Positions 13,113 to 26,947 of a stretch of DNA of 64,000 bases are shown here, one piece after another. This DNA is from Octopus sinensis. Lineage: Eukaryota. The stretch is from NCBI RefSeq assembly GCF_006345805.1, contig NC_043023.1, positions 14,074,001 through 14,138,000 of the forward strand, read 5' to 3'. Every line of letters begins with the position of its first letter. Within the stretch, counting starts at the first letter, position 1. The notes under the pieces are model-generated. The model was not told the origin of the DNA. It worked only from the letters and a program-made list of their open reading frames with translations, and did no database searches. Position numbers and translations under genes: made by a program.

Positions 13113-16100
13113 CTAAATATAAATACAAATTTGACTGTGCAGAACTACCTTTGTGTGTCTGCTGCCCTCCATTCTCAGATATGCCCTACTCGGTGCAAGA
13201 ATAAGGTAGTGAGGGCCTGCATATTGTCTGTGCCAATGTGGTTCTTATTGTGTATTTAAATCTGTCGTGAATTCTGATTTATCAGATATTTATTAAGCAA
13301 CACAGCTTGTACAATTCCCAATATTCTCTCCATCAATGGGTACCCTGCATCTAACCCAGATGGATTTAAACCCATAAAACATGGCACAGCTGGAGCAGAT
13401 TGATGAATCAGAAGTTACTACAGAAGTTTAAATTTCACTTTTGCGATACCAGTTGTACTGAAACAAGGAGGAATTGTACGTTTCCTCTTTTGGTATTGCA
13501 GTTTTTCTGTTCTGAATTCTTCTATTGAGCATATCGGATTTTTACTAAGAGAGAGAAAATCATGTGAAGCAGAAAGTTGGTTCTGTTCTCACGTTTTTCC
13601 TTAGAGCCATTGCAGTAGTCCATCCTGTTTTTTGGATGGTGATTCAGATATTTGCTTTCTTGATGGAAACAGTCCAGTTGCTTCCTTTCGTTTTTGGAGA
13701 ATACATGGGGTCTTCTTTGACCAATTTGTTGTCCCTTTGTTTCATATTGCAATTTGTATAAAGAAAGGAAATTTGGACATAGAAATCTACTTTTCTGCTT
13801 CTGTTACCCTACATTATGTATGAATGTGCTACCCATCACCACAGTGTTCAGGTAATGAGGGCTTTTGTGCTAACTTTGTCATTGTGGTGTAGTTAGAATT
13901 TCTGGTGTGGTTTCAGATATATGGAATTCCACTTCTGGAAAAAAATGTTTAGCATTTGCTTCCTTCATGGAAACAATCCTGCTGCCCCTTTTGGATTTTG
14001 GAGAATGCATGGATATTCCATTGATCAATTTGTTGTCCCTTTGTTTCATCGGGCCATGTTTATATATATAGAAAGGAAATTTGGACGTAGAAATCTACTT
14101 TGCTGCCTCTGTTTTCCTTCATTATATGAGAATCTGCTACCCATCATAACTGTGATCAGATAATGTGGGCCTTTGTGCTAACTTTGCCATTGTGATGTTC
14201 TTTGAACTTCTTGTAGTCGTCTCTGAAACGTCGGTTTCCCCTATTGGAAAACAATTTTTAGCATTTGCTTCCTTGATGGAACCAGTCCTGCTGCCTCTTT
14301 TGGATTTTGGAGAATGCATGTTTCAGATACGTCTATTTCCACTATTGTAAAGCAGTTTTTAGCATTTGCTTTCATAATTGAAGCAGTCCTGCTGCCTTTC
14401 TTTACATTTTGTAGAATACATGGATTTTCCATTGAGCAATTTGTTGTCCCTTTGTTTCATAGGGCCATGTGTATATAGAAAGGAATTTCTGGACATAGAA
14501 ATCTACTTTGCAGCCTCTATTTTCCTTTATCATGTTAGAATGTGCTATATTGAAGAGGATCAGTGAAAGCGTGTCCCCCTGTCTAACACCTCGACGAATC
14601 TCTATGCGTTCACTAACTTGCCCACCAACTGAGAATCTGGTAGTACTGCCTTCATAGATCCCCTCCACGAGTTTTATTATATGTGCTCATGGAACCCAAG
14701 TCTCTGCAGTCCCGCATACCCCAACGAGTGCAAGACTGTATCGAAGGCCTTGGAGAGATCTAAGAAGGCAACCTCCAGCCGTGGTATTCTCAGCCGTGAT
14801 GGCCTCTCCATGGCTCGACTAACGAGCTGCTGAATGAGAAATGAATTCTCACTGCAGCCGTCATCGCGGATAAAGCCTCTTTGGCTTGGATTCAGGGGAG
14901 TTACCTGAAGCATGCGCTTGGCGACAATTTTAGAGAATAAACGATACACCGCAGAACATATCGTAATTGGTCGCCAGTTCGCAAGATCGTATGGGTCGTC
15001 CGATCTCTTGGGTATGAGAATCGACTTACCCCACTTCAGGATATCGGGTACCTTACCCGCCAGCAACATGCAGTTGCATATATTATTTAGAACAGCTGGG
15101 TCCATCGCTTTAATTTCACCTATGGTGATACCGTCTGGACCCGCCGCTGAGGAGATCTTCATCTGACGTCTACTTACCTTAATCTCCTCCACGGAGAACG
15201 GACTCAAGATGGAGTCGTTCTCAACCTGGGAGGAGGAGGGGTAGTTCTTCAGATCTACCTCAGGGCCTGGAGCGGAAAGCCTGCCCTTATAAAATACCTC
15301 TATTGAATAGATTGGAATAGGGCATTCCCGCTCCCTGTTTTCACCTAACACAACTGCAAGGAGCTTCTTCCTATTCTTTCTAAATAAATCTTGATGTCGG
15401 GCATAAGCTTGACGCTTATCCCGACGCCTAGGCCTAATGTTACTCTTGTTCGGTGTGTTCCTATCACTAACTAAATTTCTCCTGTTGTTGGTAACTACCC
15501 TACGCGATTTATACTGCTCCACCCAGTCCTCTATAGTTTTCTCAAATGAGCCCCAAGCAATCGCTGTCCTGTCTTCCACGAGTTCCAAAAGCGCCTCGGA
15601 GAAGACTGCAGACCAACGGGTATGCCCGGGCATGCAGAATCGAGGAAGGGATCCCTCCAGTCAAAACTAAACTGGGGTTCTCCCCCGATTTGTGATTGGG
15701 AGTTGGTCATGGACTGTTCTGACCCTTGATGACTCTTGCGAGCCCTTTTGGCCAGATCAGCCCTTTTCGATCCCACCTGTTTAGCTGTTTTACCAGGCAG
15801 GAATCATGCAATGGCAGCATTGATTCTCTTTACCCCTGTCATCTTCAGCTCAGACTCCTTTTCAACGAGGACCACTACTTCCTCATCGGACCAACAGCCC
15901 CTGCGTCTTTGGCCAAAAGCCTCAGCAGCGGCTGCCTGATCGGCACGTTTCTTTGTAATTTCCTCAAGGCGAGCAGCAATCCTGCGGGCATTCGCCTCAA
16001 CAGGATGCTTATGCCGAACGTGCTGCGATCGACCTATAGCCGTCAAAAAAGAACGGCTGCAGTGGTCACAATCAAAGGAGGCTAGAGCTGGACTAGGGGC

Positions 16101-17828
16101 AGGTGCTCTAAATGCACTGCCATCACATCTACCAGCGTGACACCTCAAAGAATGGAGGTGACCGCTTTCCCTATCACATTTAATGCATCTGTAGACAGGC
16201 CTAATACCATGTCTACAAATAACATGCTCCCCCCATGAATGGGGGGAGGAGAAGCGCAGAGGACATAGCGGACAGGCTATGGAGCATGACGTGCAGGGAA
16301 TTGTAAGTGAGAATTCTCTACCACCTGGAGTGGGGCTTGGTACCCCGACTTCCTCCTCTCGATCCATTTCTAAATTAAGAGAATGAATGGGGAGGTCCCT
16401 AGCGACCCTATCTCTGTCCGTCTCTAAAGAAGACCGGACTTCATCGATGGGGTCATGTGCTAGGTCCAGTGGGAGTTGTTCTCCTCTCACTATCAGGGAA
16501 TGTTCTTTGTATTCTAGTCTAAATATGTTTACTCTATTTCTATAATACTTCAGTGTTGGACGCAAAGTTCAGTGCCCGACACTGGTCTCGTCAAAGCCTA
16601 TTGAGCCACTTGGACTTACTTGCACCGGAGATGACTCGTTGTCCCGTGCAAGGGAGGGTTGTACTTCGGCCGACCGCATTTGGTTATTGCCGTCAGCCTG
16701 ACGTGTGGGCCCCATCCCAGACCCACAGGCCACCAGTTTGGCGGTGCCTGGCTGCCGTATGTTCCTAAACTTATTAGTATACATGTCACTATTCTTAGCA
16801 GCATTTGACTAGGGATCGTGGCCGAAACGATAAAGTAGGACTTAAAAGAGGCGCAATGCCAACCCTATCAAGAAAGACAAGCTAAACCACTAAACTAACC
16901 TCAAAGACCTAACGGCCACCTACTCGGGTCCGGAGACAAACAGCACGCAGGTCACCCCCCCCCCCGAGAACTAATACCCCCAGGAAATTCCTGGGGGACT
17001 TGTCTAGGCTAAACGGGACCCGTGAGTGTATCCACCCCAGACCTAGAGCGGTGAACAAGAATGAGCCACCCTATGATAAGTCCTACGATAGATCCTATTA
17101 CGGAAACCTCAACTGGCGAGTGAGGCGATAAAACACACTCAAGGCAAATATAGAAGATACGGCTAAATTCCACCCGTCACAACCACCGGCTAGACCATTA
17201 ATATCAAAAGGGCGCCCATCCCTATGGTAATCGCCCCCATAATGGAGGCAAGAGAAAGGGCCTTCACTCTACACTGCTACAAGACAACTGCCCGACTGTA
17301 AGAGCCGGACAGTCCCCCATCTACAGCCCGTGAAGGGCTCTATTCCTTAACACCACAGCTGGGTACCTAACTCACAGGCCCCTCCACACCAGCTCAGGAA
17401 AAACCGGCGATCCACACCGATGAACCAACCGGAACCCCCGGCCACTATACGCCTAAGACTACATTTCATTGGCTCTAAAATAAAGCCACGACCTTTTCTT
17501 TCTTGTCCCCGAAGGGAGAACCGCCCACTAACCGACTCACACCAACAGTAGCGCTAACTGGGTCACTAAAGACCAAAAGGACTCTAAGGGTTCGGCCAGC
17601 GGCCGCTCAACTAAACCAGTAGGGAGGCATGCACCCCCCTATCAGAATCGCCCAAAATCCACTAGCTCCCCCACCAAATTAAATTGGAACCGCTTTGGAG
17701 AAAGAAGGACACGTTTAGTTTGTCCGATAAGGGGTTTTTATCCGGCATTGCGTAAAGCATATCCGGCATCGACCCCGCATGGACGTAAGCTCTCTTACCA
17801 CACCAAGGTAGTGTCCAAAAGGGTGAAG

Positions 17829-17892
17829 CCTGGCAGTGCATCCACCTGGCAGTGCATCCACCTGGCAGTGCATCCACCTGGCAGTGCATCCA
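17829..17892. repeat. 16-bp tandem repeat x4 (cctggcagtgcatcca) in the R2 5' UTR
   Basis: Four perfect copies; same array at 26589-26652; single copy at ~35345. Confidence 0.95.
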
Positions 17893-17991
17893 CCTGCCGA
17901 GTAAAAAACAGTGAGCAAAGCCCACTGAATCCCGACAGGTCATAACATACCAGGCCTACCTGTTAATGCATCCACCTCAAAAGAGGTCATA

Positions 17992-18192
17992 AGAAACAGG
18001 CCCCACAAGAGAGGAGAAACAGGCCCCACAAGAGAGAGAAACAGGCCCCACAAGAGAGGAGAAACGGGCCCCACTAGGGAGGAGAAACAAGCCCCACAAG
18101 AGAGGAGAAACAGGCCCCACAAGAGAGGAGAAACAGGCCCCACAAGAGAGGAGAAACAGGCCCCACAAGAGAGAGAAACAGGCCCCACAAGA
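17992..18192. repeat. 22-23-bp tandem repeat x9 at the R2 5' junction
   Basis: Unit agaaacaggccccacaagagagg. Confidence 0.95.
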
Positions 18193-18195
18193 CCC

Positions 18196-18375
18196 TCATA
18201 GTTACTCCCGCAGTTTACCCGCGCTTGGTTGAATTTCTTCACTTTGACATTCAGAGCACTGGGCAGAAATCTCATCGCGTCTGTGCGGCTAGGCCGGCTA
18301 CACGATGCTCTGTTTTAATTACTGTCGGATTCCCCTGGTCCGTACCAGTTCCGAGTCAACCGTTCACCGCCGGCC
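18196..18375 (-). pseudogene. 28S rRNA fragment
   Basis: Same 28S segment; ends GTAACTATGA (lacks CTCTCTTAAGG). Confidence 0.95.
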
Positions 18376-18996
18376 TAACGCCTGCCTGTCTATGCTGTCA
18401 AATGCTTTTTCAAAGTCAACAAAGCACACACATAGTGACGCTTGCCATTCCATTGTCTGCTCCACGATGACTCTGAGTGTCACAATCTTATCCGTGCATG
18501 ATCTCTCCTTTCCGAGACCTGCCTGATCATCTCTGAGTAACTTGTCAATGGTATCTTTCAATTGCTCCAGGATGATTCTTGTAAGGACTTTGCTTGGAAT
18601 GGAAAGCAAGTTAATTCCTCTCCATTTCCACTTTGTGATGAAATCCCCACGCTTCAGCAGCTTCACCAAAAGACCCTTCTTCCAGTCGTTTGGGATCTTC
18701 TCTGTCCTCCGTACCAAGTTCAGCACATGGAGCATGTAATTCGTTTTGAATGTTGGTATTCACAAGAGAAATACTTTCCCTGCGTGCTTCACCCATTTTC
18801 CAATCTCTCTTGTTTTATAATGTTTTGTTTTGAAGTTTTTCATCACAAAAATTGCTGCTTTCAAAGAGATTTCTTTGATACCAATTCTGACATTGGTATC
18901 TCGATTTTTGTTATCAATATTTTTGCACTCAAATTGTTTCTGAAGATGTGAAAGGATCTTCTTTGACCAGTTCATCTCTTCATTTCATGCTGCTGT
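18376..18996 (-). mobile_element. RTE-type RT fragment
   Basis: ORF 18364..18735. Confidence 0.85.
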
Positions 18997-19999
18997 CTAA
19001 ATATAAATACAAATTTGACTGTGCAGAACTACCTTTGTGTGTCTGCTGCCCTCCATTCTCACATATGTCCTACTCGGTGCAAGAATAAGGTAGTGAGGGC
19101 CTGCATATTGTCTGTGCCAATGTGGTTCTTATTGTGTATTTAAATCTGTCGTGAATTCTGATTTATCAGATATTTCTTAAGCAACACAGCTTGTACAATT
19201 CCCAATATTCTCTCCATCAATGGGTACCCTGCATCTAATCTAGATGGATTTAAACCAATAAAACATGGCACAGCTGGAGCAGATTCATGAATCAGAAGTT
19301 ACTACAGAAGTTTAAATTTCACTTTTGCAACACCAGTTGTACTGAAACAAGGAGGAATTGTACGTTTCCTCTTTTGGTATTGCAGTTTATCTGTTCTGAA
19401 TTCTTCTATTGAGCATATCGGATCTTTACTAAGAGAGAGAAAAACATGTGAAGCAGAAAGTTGGTTCTGTTCTGATGTTTTTCATTAGAGCCATTGCATT
19501 TCATTCCACTATTGCAAAACAGTTTTTACCATTTCCTTCATGTCGTAGAAATCAAGGAGTGTCCAGCATTAAAAATTCAAGGAATGAGATGCAGAAAAGC
19601 CACAGTCAGTCCATTGTATTTCATAGCGTCCTCAGAAAATCCCTCCCTTCTCAGATATGTCCCACTCGGTGCAAGAATAAGGTAGTGAGGGCCTGCATAT
19701 TGTCTGTGCCAATGTGGTTCTTATTGTGTGTTTACATCTGTTGTGACTTCTGATTGGCCAGATATTACTTTAGCAACACAGTTTGTACAAATCCCAATAT
19801 TCTGTGAATCAACGGGTACCCAGCATCGATGAGACGTACCCTAGATGGATATAAACCCTTAAAACATGGCACAGAGGGTGCAGATTGATGAATCAAAAGT
19901 CACTACAGAAGTTCAGATTTTACCCTTCTGTGACTTGCTGCCTCATACCATGTGTGGGCCCTGATACTGGAAACACTCTCCTGCGAATGGTTGCAGAAG

Positions 20000-21096
20000 T
20001 TCCTTGTTTGACTCCTCTCCACTTTTCGTTGTGGCAGTTGCTGCTACTGGCGTCATCCAGCAACACGAATCTAGCACACGAGCCCAAGACATAATGTCTA
20101 CCATCGCCATAGAGTTAATGTTCGGCAGCTTTTGCAACTCGACCGACATGTGGTCAGCAAAGCCATTCACAAACGCTAACTTAACCATTCAGTCCAGTGA
20201 TTCTCCCTCATATCCCGCCAGTTTAGCCAATCTCGTGAGTTCATTCGCAAATACATCAACCTGTTCGCCAGTCGACTTTGCTTTCCCCAGGCGAGCATCC
20301 ACTTCAAACATTCCTTCTGCAAAGGCCTCCATCAAACAGATTTCTATCAATTCCACGCTAAAGCAGCGAGCTGGCAGAAACAGTAGAACGCCGGGCGAAA
20401 TGCTTAGTGGTATATCGTCCGTCTTTACGTTCTGAGTTCAAATTCCACAGAGATCGATTTTGCCTTTCATCATTTCGGGGTCGTTTAAATAAGTACCAGT
20501 TACACACTGGGGTCGATATAATTGACTTAATCCGTTTGTCTGTCCTTGTTTCTCCTCTCTGTGTTTAGCCCCTCGTGGGTAGTAAAGAAATAGCTAAGTT
20601 GTTCCCTCTCTTCCATTTCTCAGTATAGCGCCAATGCCAAACTATCTAGGTACATCGGTATAAAACTCGCTAAGTCATTTATATTTTGGTGTTTCGCAAC
20701 GAACTTCATCTTTTTCAACCAAGCAACTACATCTGTGTCACTGAAAAATCCGGTTTGACCGTATCGTTTGAAATACGGACAACACTCATTCATTTTTCTG
20801 GGGATTTTTTTTATGTTATGGGCCGAAATAGCTTGTAGTGTGATTGAAGAAAAAACAACAGAAATAGAAGGGAAAAGGAAATACAGAGACCTTACCTGTT
20901 GACCGAGGCGGGATGAGCGATCACTGTCAAGAAATAAACACGTCCTTCCACACTTGCCATCTCTCATCAAACTGCCCCACGTGCTTTCTGCCTACGCATG
21001 CCCCTGGTGGCCCTTCTGTTGGCCTCTGCAGTCTTCTGTTTACCTCATCTTCATTCCTCTCCACCAACACCACATAGCCCATCACATCCCACAACA
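20000..21096 (-). mobile_element. Ty3/gypsy LTR (20814-21096) plus gag remnant with SINE (20362-20592)
   Basis: ORF 20620..20970 DVVAWLKKMKFVAKHQNINDLASFIPMYLDSLALALY; homologous to 6895-7998. Confidence 0.75.
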
Positions 21097-22291
21097 CCAT
21101 AAATATAAATTTGACTGTGCAGAACTACCTTTGTGTGTCTGCTGCCCTCCATTCACAGATATGCCCTACTCGGTGCAAGAATAAGGTAGTGAGGGCCTGC
21201 ATATTGTCTGTTCCAATGTGGGTCTTATTGTGTATTTAAATCTGTTGTGAATTCTGATTTATCAGATATTTATTAAGCAACACAGCTTGTACAATTCCCA
21301 ATATTCTCTCCATCAATGGGTACCCTGCATCTAACCTAGATGGATTTAAACCAATAAAACATGGCACAGCTGGAGCAGATTGATGAATCAGAAGTTACTA
21401 GAGAAGTTTAAATTTCACTTTTGCCACACCAGTTGTACAATTCCTCCTCGTTTCAGTACATTTCCTCTTTTGGCATTGCAGTTTTTCTGTTCTGAATTCT
21501 TCTATTGAGCATATCGGATCTTTACTAAGAGAGAGAGAAACATGTGAAGCAGAAAGTTGGTTCTGTTCTGACGTTTTTCATTAGAGCCATTGCAGTAGTC
21601 CATGCTGTTTTTTGGATGGTGATTCAGATATTTGCTTTCTTGACGGAAACAGTCCAGTTGCTTCCTTTCGATTTTGGAGAATACATGGGGTCTTCTTTGA
21701 CCAATTTGTTGTCCCTTTGTTTCATTGTGCAATCCGTGTATAGAAAGTAAATTTAGACATAGAAATCTACTTTTCTGCTTCTGTTACCCTACATTATGGG
21801 AGAATGTGCTACCCATCACAACAGTGTTCAGGTAATGTGGGCCTTTGTGCTAACTTTATCATTGTGGTGTAGTTAGAATTTCTGTTGTGGTTTCAGATAC
21901 ATCGAATTCCACTTTTGCAAAACAATTTTTTGCTTTCTTAATGGAACCAGTCCTGCTGCCCGTTTTGGATTTTGGAAAATGCATGGATATTCCATTGATC
22001 AATTAGTTGTCCCTTTGTTTCATCGGGCCATGTTTATATATATAGAAAGGAAATTTGGACCTACAAATCAACATTTCTGCTTCTGTTTTCCTTCATTATA
22101 TGAGAATGTGCTACCCATCATAACTGTGATCAGATAATGTGGGCCTTTGTGTTAACTTTGCTTTTATGGTGTTGTTTGAACTTCTTGTAGTCGTCTCTGA
22201 AACGTCGGTTTCCCCTATTGGAAAACAATTTCTAGCATTTGCTTCCTAGATGGAAATTTTAGGTACAAATTAAAGCTGTCCGGCTGAGAAG

Positions 22292-22615
22292 TCATCGAAA
22301 TGACTTATCTTTTATGCCCAAGGCATCTAGTGCTAGACTCGCAGGCCGGCACCAGGCACCGATTGGGAGTCCATGCACCTCCACCGGCCAGTCAAACTCC
22401 TGCAAAAGCAATTGTTCGAGCGGTCGGTATTTGTGCATTTTCTCGAGGGCAGCCTCTTTCAAGCTGTCCCCCTGCTCCAATCTGATAGTCACATCGACGA
22501 CAACCACCTTTTCTGGACGGCTAAAGACCAGGTCAGGTATCAGCCTAGAGCCGTTTATAATATAAGACGGCTCTACACTAACACTCCAACCATGGTCAAC
22601 AGACTCCTTCGCCAC
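22292..22615 (-). pseudogene. R2 restriction-like endonuclease (PD..D) fragment
   Basis: VEPSYIINGSRLIPDLVFSRPEKVVVVDVTIRLEQ...LEKMHKY; identical copies at 31047..31370 and 39574..39897. Confidence 0.88.
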
Positions 22616-25600
22616 CAGGTCACATATTTTGTTATGCCTGGTGAGTCGTGGCAGGAAGCAAAGGCAAACCGAAGGAAGATATAAGTTGCTGGTTCTGTTC
22701 GGCTAATCCTGCAGAATCAGCAACCTTTCTAACAGACATATTCTGACATCAATAGGCGAAGGTTTCGGCGGGTGACGGACTTTGGTATCAGTCTCATCAT
22801 TTGGTGAAGACTTAACCCTCCATCCCGCCGGCTGCTATTTAAGAAGGAAGAGGAAGTAGAGTAGGGGAGATGAAGCATTCTTTTAGCCCCCACGTGGATG
22901 GCCGTGTCCAGCCTCTCAAGTATCCCCCTTGACGGCAGCGCCTGCACCAAACCATAAAAGAGTCTAGGTAGATAGTACCGTTGAAGCAAGAGGAATTTTT
23001 GTCGGGGTTTCAGCGGAGCCCTGCACATTTTATCAATGTCCAGTAACACCTGCTCCACTGAGTTTGTCAAACTCCCGACTTGAGATTAAAGTCCACGTCG
23101 GGATGCTTACACCTAAATATAAAACCTTATCCCCCGGTTCTACCTTTTTAATAGTGACACCATCAATCTTCGGCGGGGTGTTAACGTTGACGAGGTAGGA
23201 CTTGCCCCAGCCGTGAATGGAGAACTATGCACACTTACTGACATTAAGCCCCAGTCCAACCACGCAAATCCCCACAGCTGGATAACAAATCTAGCAGTGG
23301 GTCAGTTGCAATGTTAAAGAGGATCGGCGAGAGCGCGTCCCCCTGTCTAACACACCGACGAATTTCAATAGGTTCACTATGTTGCCCATCGACTGAGAAT
23401 CTGGTAGTGCTACCTTCATAGAATCTGGTAGTGCTACCTTCGAGCGCTATTACGTGTTCGTGGAACCCAAGTCTCTGCAGTCCTGCATACACTAAAGAGT
23501 GCGAGACCGTGTTGAAGGCCTTTGAGAGATCCAAGAAGGCAACCTCCAGCCGCATTATTCTCAGTCGTGCTGGCCTCCCCATAGCGCGACTAACAAGCTG
23601 CTGAAGGAGAAACGAATTCTCACTGCAGCCGTCAGCACGGATAAAGCCTCTTTGGCTTGGATTAAGAGGAATTACCTGAAGCATGCGTTTGGCGACTATT
23701 TTTGAAAATAAAAGATAAACCGCAGAGCATATCGTTATTGGTCGCCAGTTCGCAAGATCGTATGGGTCGTCCGATTTCTCTGGTAAGATAATCGACTTCC
23801 CCCGCTTCAGGATCTCGGGTACTTTACCCGCCAGCAACATGCAGTTGCATATATTAGTTAGAACAGCTGGGTCCATCGCTTTAATTTCACCTATAGTGAT
23901 ACCGTCTGGACCCGCCACTGAGGAGATCTTCATTTGGCGCCTACTCACCTTAATCTCCTCCACGGAGAACGGACTCAAGATGGAGTCGTTCTCAACCTGG
24001 GAGGAGGAGGGGTAGTTCTTCAGATCTACCTCACGGCCTGCCCTTATAAAATTCCTCTATTGAATAGATTGGAATAGGGCATTCCCACTCCCTGTTTTCA
24101 CCTAACACAACTGCAAGGAGCTTCTTCCTATTCTTTCTAAATAAATTTTGATGTCGGGCATAAGCTTGACGCTTATCCCGACGCCTAGACCTAAAGTTAC
24201 TCAAGTTGGGTGTATTTCTATCTCTATCTAAATTTCTCCTGTTGTTGGTAACTGCCCTACGCGATTTATAATGCTCCACCCAGTCCTCTATAGTTTTCTC
24301 AAATGAGCCCCAAGCAATCGCTGTCCTGTCTTCCACGAGTTCCAAAAGGGCCTCGGAGAAGACTGCAGACCAATGGGTATGCCCGGGGCATGCAGAATCG
24401 AGGAAGGGATCCCTCCAGTCAGAGCTAGACTGGGGTTCTCCCCCGATTTGTGATTGGGAGTTGGTCATGGACTGTTCTGACCCTTGATGACTCTTGCGAG
24501 CCCTTTTGGCCAGATCAGCCCTTTTCGATCCCACCTGTTTAGCTGTTTTACCAGGCAGGAATCATGCAATGGCAGCATTGATTCTCTTTACCCCTGTCAT
24601 CTTCAGCTCAGACTCCTTTTCAACGAGGACCACTACTTCCTCATCGGACCAACAGCCCCTGCGTCTTTGGCCAAAAGCCTCAGCAGCGGCTGCCTGATCG
24701 GCACGTTTCTTTGTAATTTCCTCAAGGCGAGCAGCAATCCTGCGGGCATTCGCCTCAACAGGATGCTTATGCCGAACGTGCTGCGATCGACCTATAGCCG
24801 TCAAAAAAGAACGGCTGCAGTGGTCACAATCAAAGGAGGCTAGAGCTGGACTAGGGGCAGGTGCTCTAAATGCACTGCCATCACATCTACCAGCGTGACA
24901 CCTCAAAGAATGGAGGTGACCGCTTTCCCTATCACATTTAATGCATCTGTAGACAGGCCTAATACCATGTCTACAAATAACATGCTCCCCCCATTCATGG
25001 GGGGAGGAGAAGCGCAGAGGACATAGCGGACAGGCTATGGAGCATGACGTGCAGGGAATTGTAAGTGAGAATTCTCTACCACCTGGAGTGGGGCTTGGTA
25101 CCCCGACTTCCTCCTCTCGATCCATTTCTAAATTAAGAGAATGAATGGGGAGGTCCCTAGCGACCCTATCTCTGTCCGTCTCTAAAGAAGACCGGACTTC
25201 ATCGATGGGGTCATGTGCTAGGTCCAGTGGGAGTTGTTCTCCTCTCACTATCAGGGAATGTTCTTTGTATTCTAGTCTAAATATGTTTACTCTATTTCTA
25301 TAATACTTCAGTGTTGGACGCAAAGTTCAGTGCCCGACACTGGTCTCGTCAAAGCCTATTGAGCCACTTGGACTTACTTGCACCGGAGATGACTCGTTGT
25401 CCCGTGCAAGGGAGGGTTGTACTTCGGCCGACCGCATTTGGTTATTGCCGTCAGCCTGACGTGTGGGCCCCATCCCAGACCCACAGGCCACCAGTTTGGC
25501 GGTGCCTGGCTGCCGTATGTTCCTAAACTTATTAGTATACATGTCACTATTCTTAGCAGCATTTGACTAGGGATCGTGGCCGAAACGATAAAGTAGAACT

Positions 25601-26767
25601 TAAAAGAGGCGCAATGCCAACCCTATCAAGAAAGACAAGCTAAACCACTAAACTAACCTCAAAGACCTAACGGCCACCTACTCGGGTCCGGAGACAAACA
25701 GCACGCAGGTCACCCCCCCCCCCCCCGAGAACTAATACCCCCAGGAAATTCCTGGGGGACTTGTCTAGGCTAAACGGGACCCGTGAGTGTATCCACCCCA
25801 GACCTAGAGCGGTGAACAAGAATGAGCCACCCTATGATAAGTCCTACGATAGATCCTATTACGGAAACCTCAACTGGCGAGTGAGGCGATAAAACACACT
25901 CAAGGCAAATATAGAAGATACGGCTAAATTCCACCCGTCACAACCACCGGCTAGACCATTAATATCAAAAGGGCGCCCATCCCTATGGTAATCGCCCCCA
26001 TAATGGAGGCAAGAGAAAGGGCCTTCACTCTACACTGCTACAAGACAACTGCCCGACTGTAAGAGCCGGACAGTCCCCCATCTACAGCCCGTGAAGGGCT
26101 CTATTCCTTAACACCACAGCTGGGTACCTAACTCACAGGCCCCTCCACACCAGCTCAGGAAAAACCGGCGATCCACACCGATGAACCAACCGGAACCCCC
26201 GGCCACTATACGCCTAAGACTACATTTCATTGGCTCTAAAATAAAGCCACGACCTTTTCTTTCTTGTCCCCGAAGGGAGAACCGCCCACTAACCGACTCA
26301 CACCAACAGTAGCGCTAACTGGGTCACTAAAGACCAAAAGGACTCTAAGGGTTCGGCCAGCGGCCGCTCAACTAAACCAGTAGGGAGGCATGCACCCCCC
26401 TATCAGAATCGCCCAAAATCCACTAGCTCCCCCACCAAATTAAATTGGAACCGCTTTGGAGAAAGAAGGACACGTTTAGTTTGTCCGATAAGGGTTTTTA
26501 TCCGGCATTGCGTAAAGCATATCCGGCATCGACCCCGCATGGACGTAAGCTCTCTTACCACACCAAGGTAGTGTCCAAAAGGGTGAAGCCTGGCAGTGCA
26601 TCCACCTGGCAGTGCATCCACCTGGCAGTGCATCCACCTGGCAGTGCATCCACCTGCCGAGTAAAAAAACAGTGAGCAAAGCCCACTGAATCCCGACAGG
26701 TCATAACATACCAGGTCATAACGTACCAGGCCTACCTGTTAATGCATCCACCTCGAAAGAGGTCATA

Positions 26768-26947
26768 AGAAACAGGCCCCACAAGAGAGGAGAAACAGGC
26801 CCCACAAGAGAGAGAAACAGGCCCCACAAGAGAGGAGAAACGGGCCCCACTAGGGAGGAGAAACAAGCCCCACAAGAGAGCAGGCCCCACAAGAGAGCAG
26901 GCCCCACAAGAGAGACAGGCCCCACAAGAGAGACAGGCCCCACAAGA
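26768..26947. repeat. 17-23-bp tandem repeat x9 at the R2 5' junction
   Basis: Same core caggccccacaagagag; the last four spacings are shortened to 17-18 bp. Confidence 0.93.

Larger units (their letters stand above)
14544..18195 (-). mobile_element. R2 copy 3 with apparently complete ~1.3 kb 5' UTR, 3'-truncated in RT domain 4
   Basis: ORFs 15804..16565 (3 zinc fingers, Myb start) and 14677..15633 (RT domains 0-3); UTR ~16850-18195; junction 28S GTAACTATGA|GGGTCTTGTGGGG. Confidence 0.93.

Noticed and set aside
17992-18192. CRISPR-like appearance of short repeats (also 56590-57095)
   Set aside because: Units are contiguous with no unique spacers, there are no cas genes, and the context is eukaryotic.
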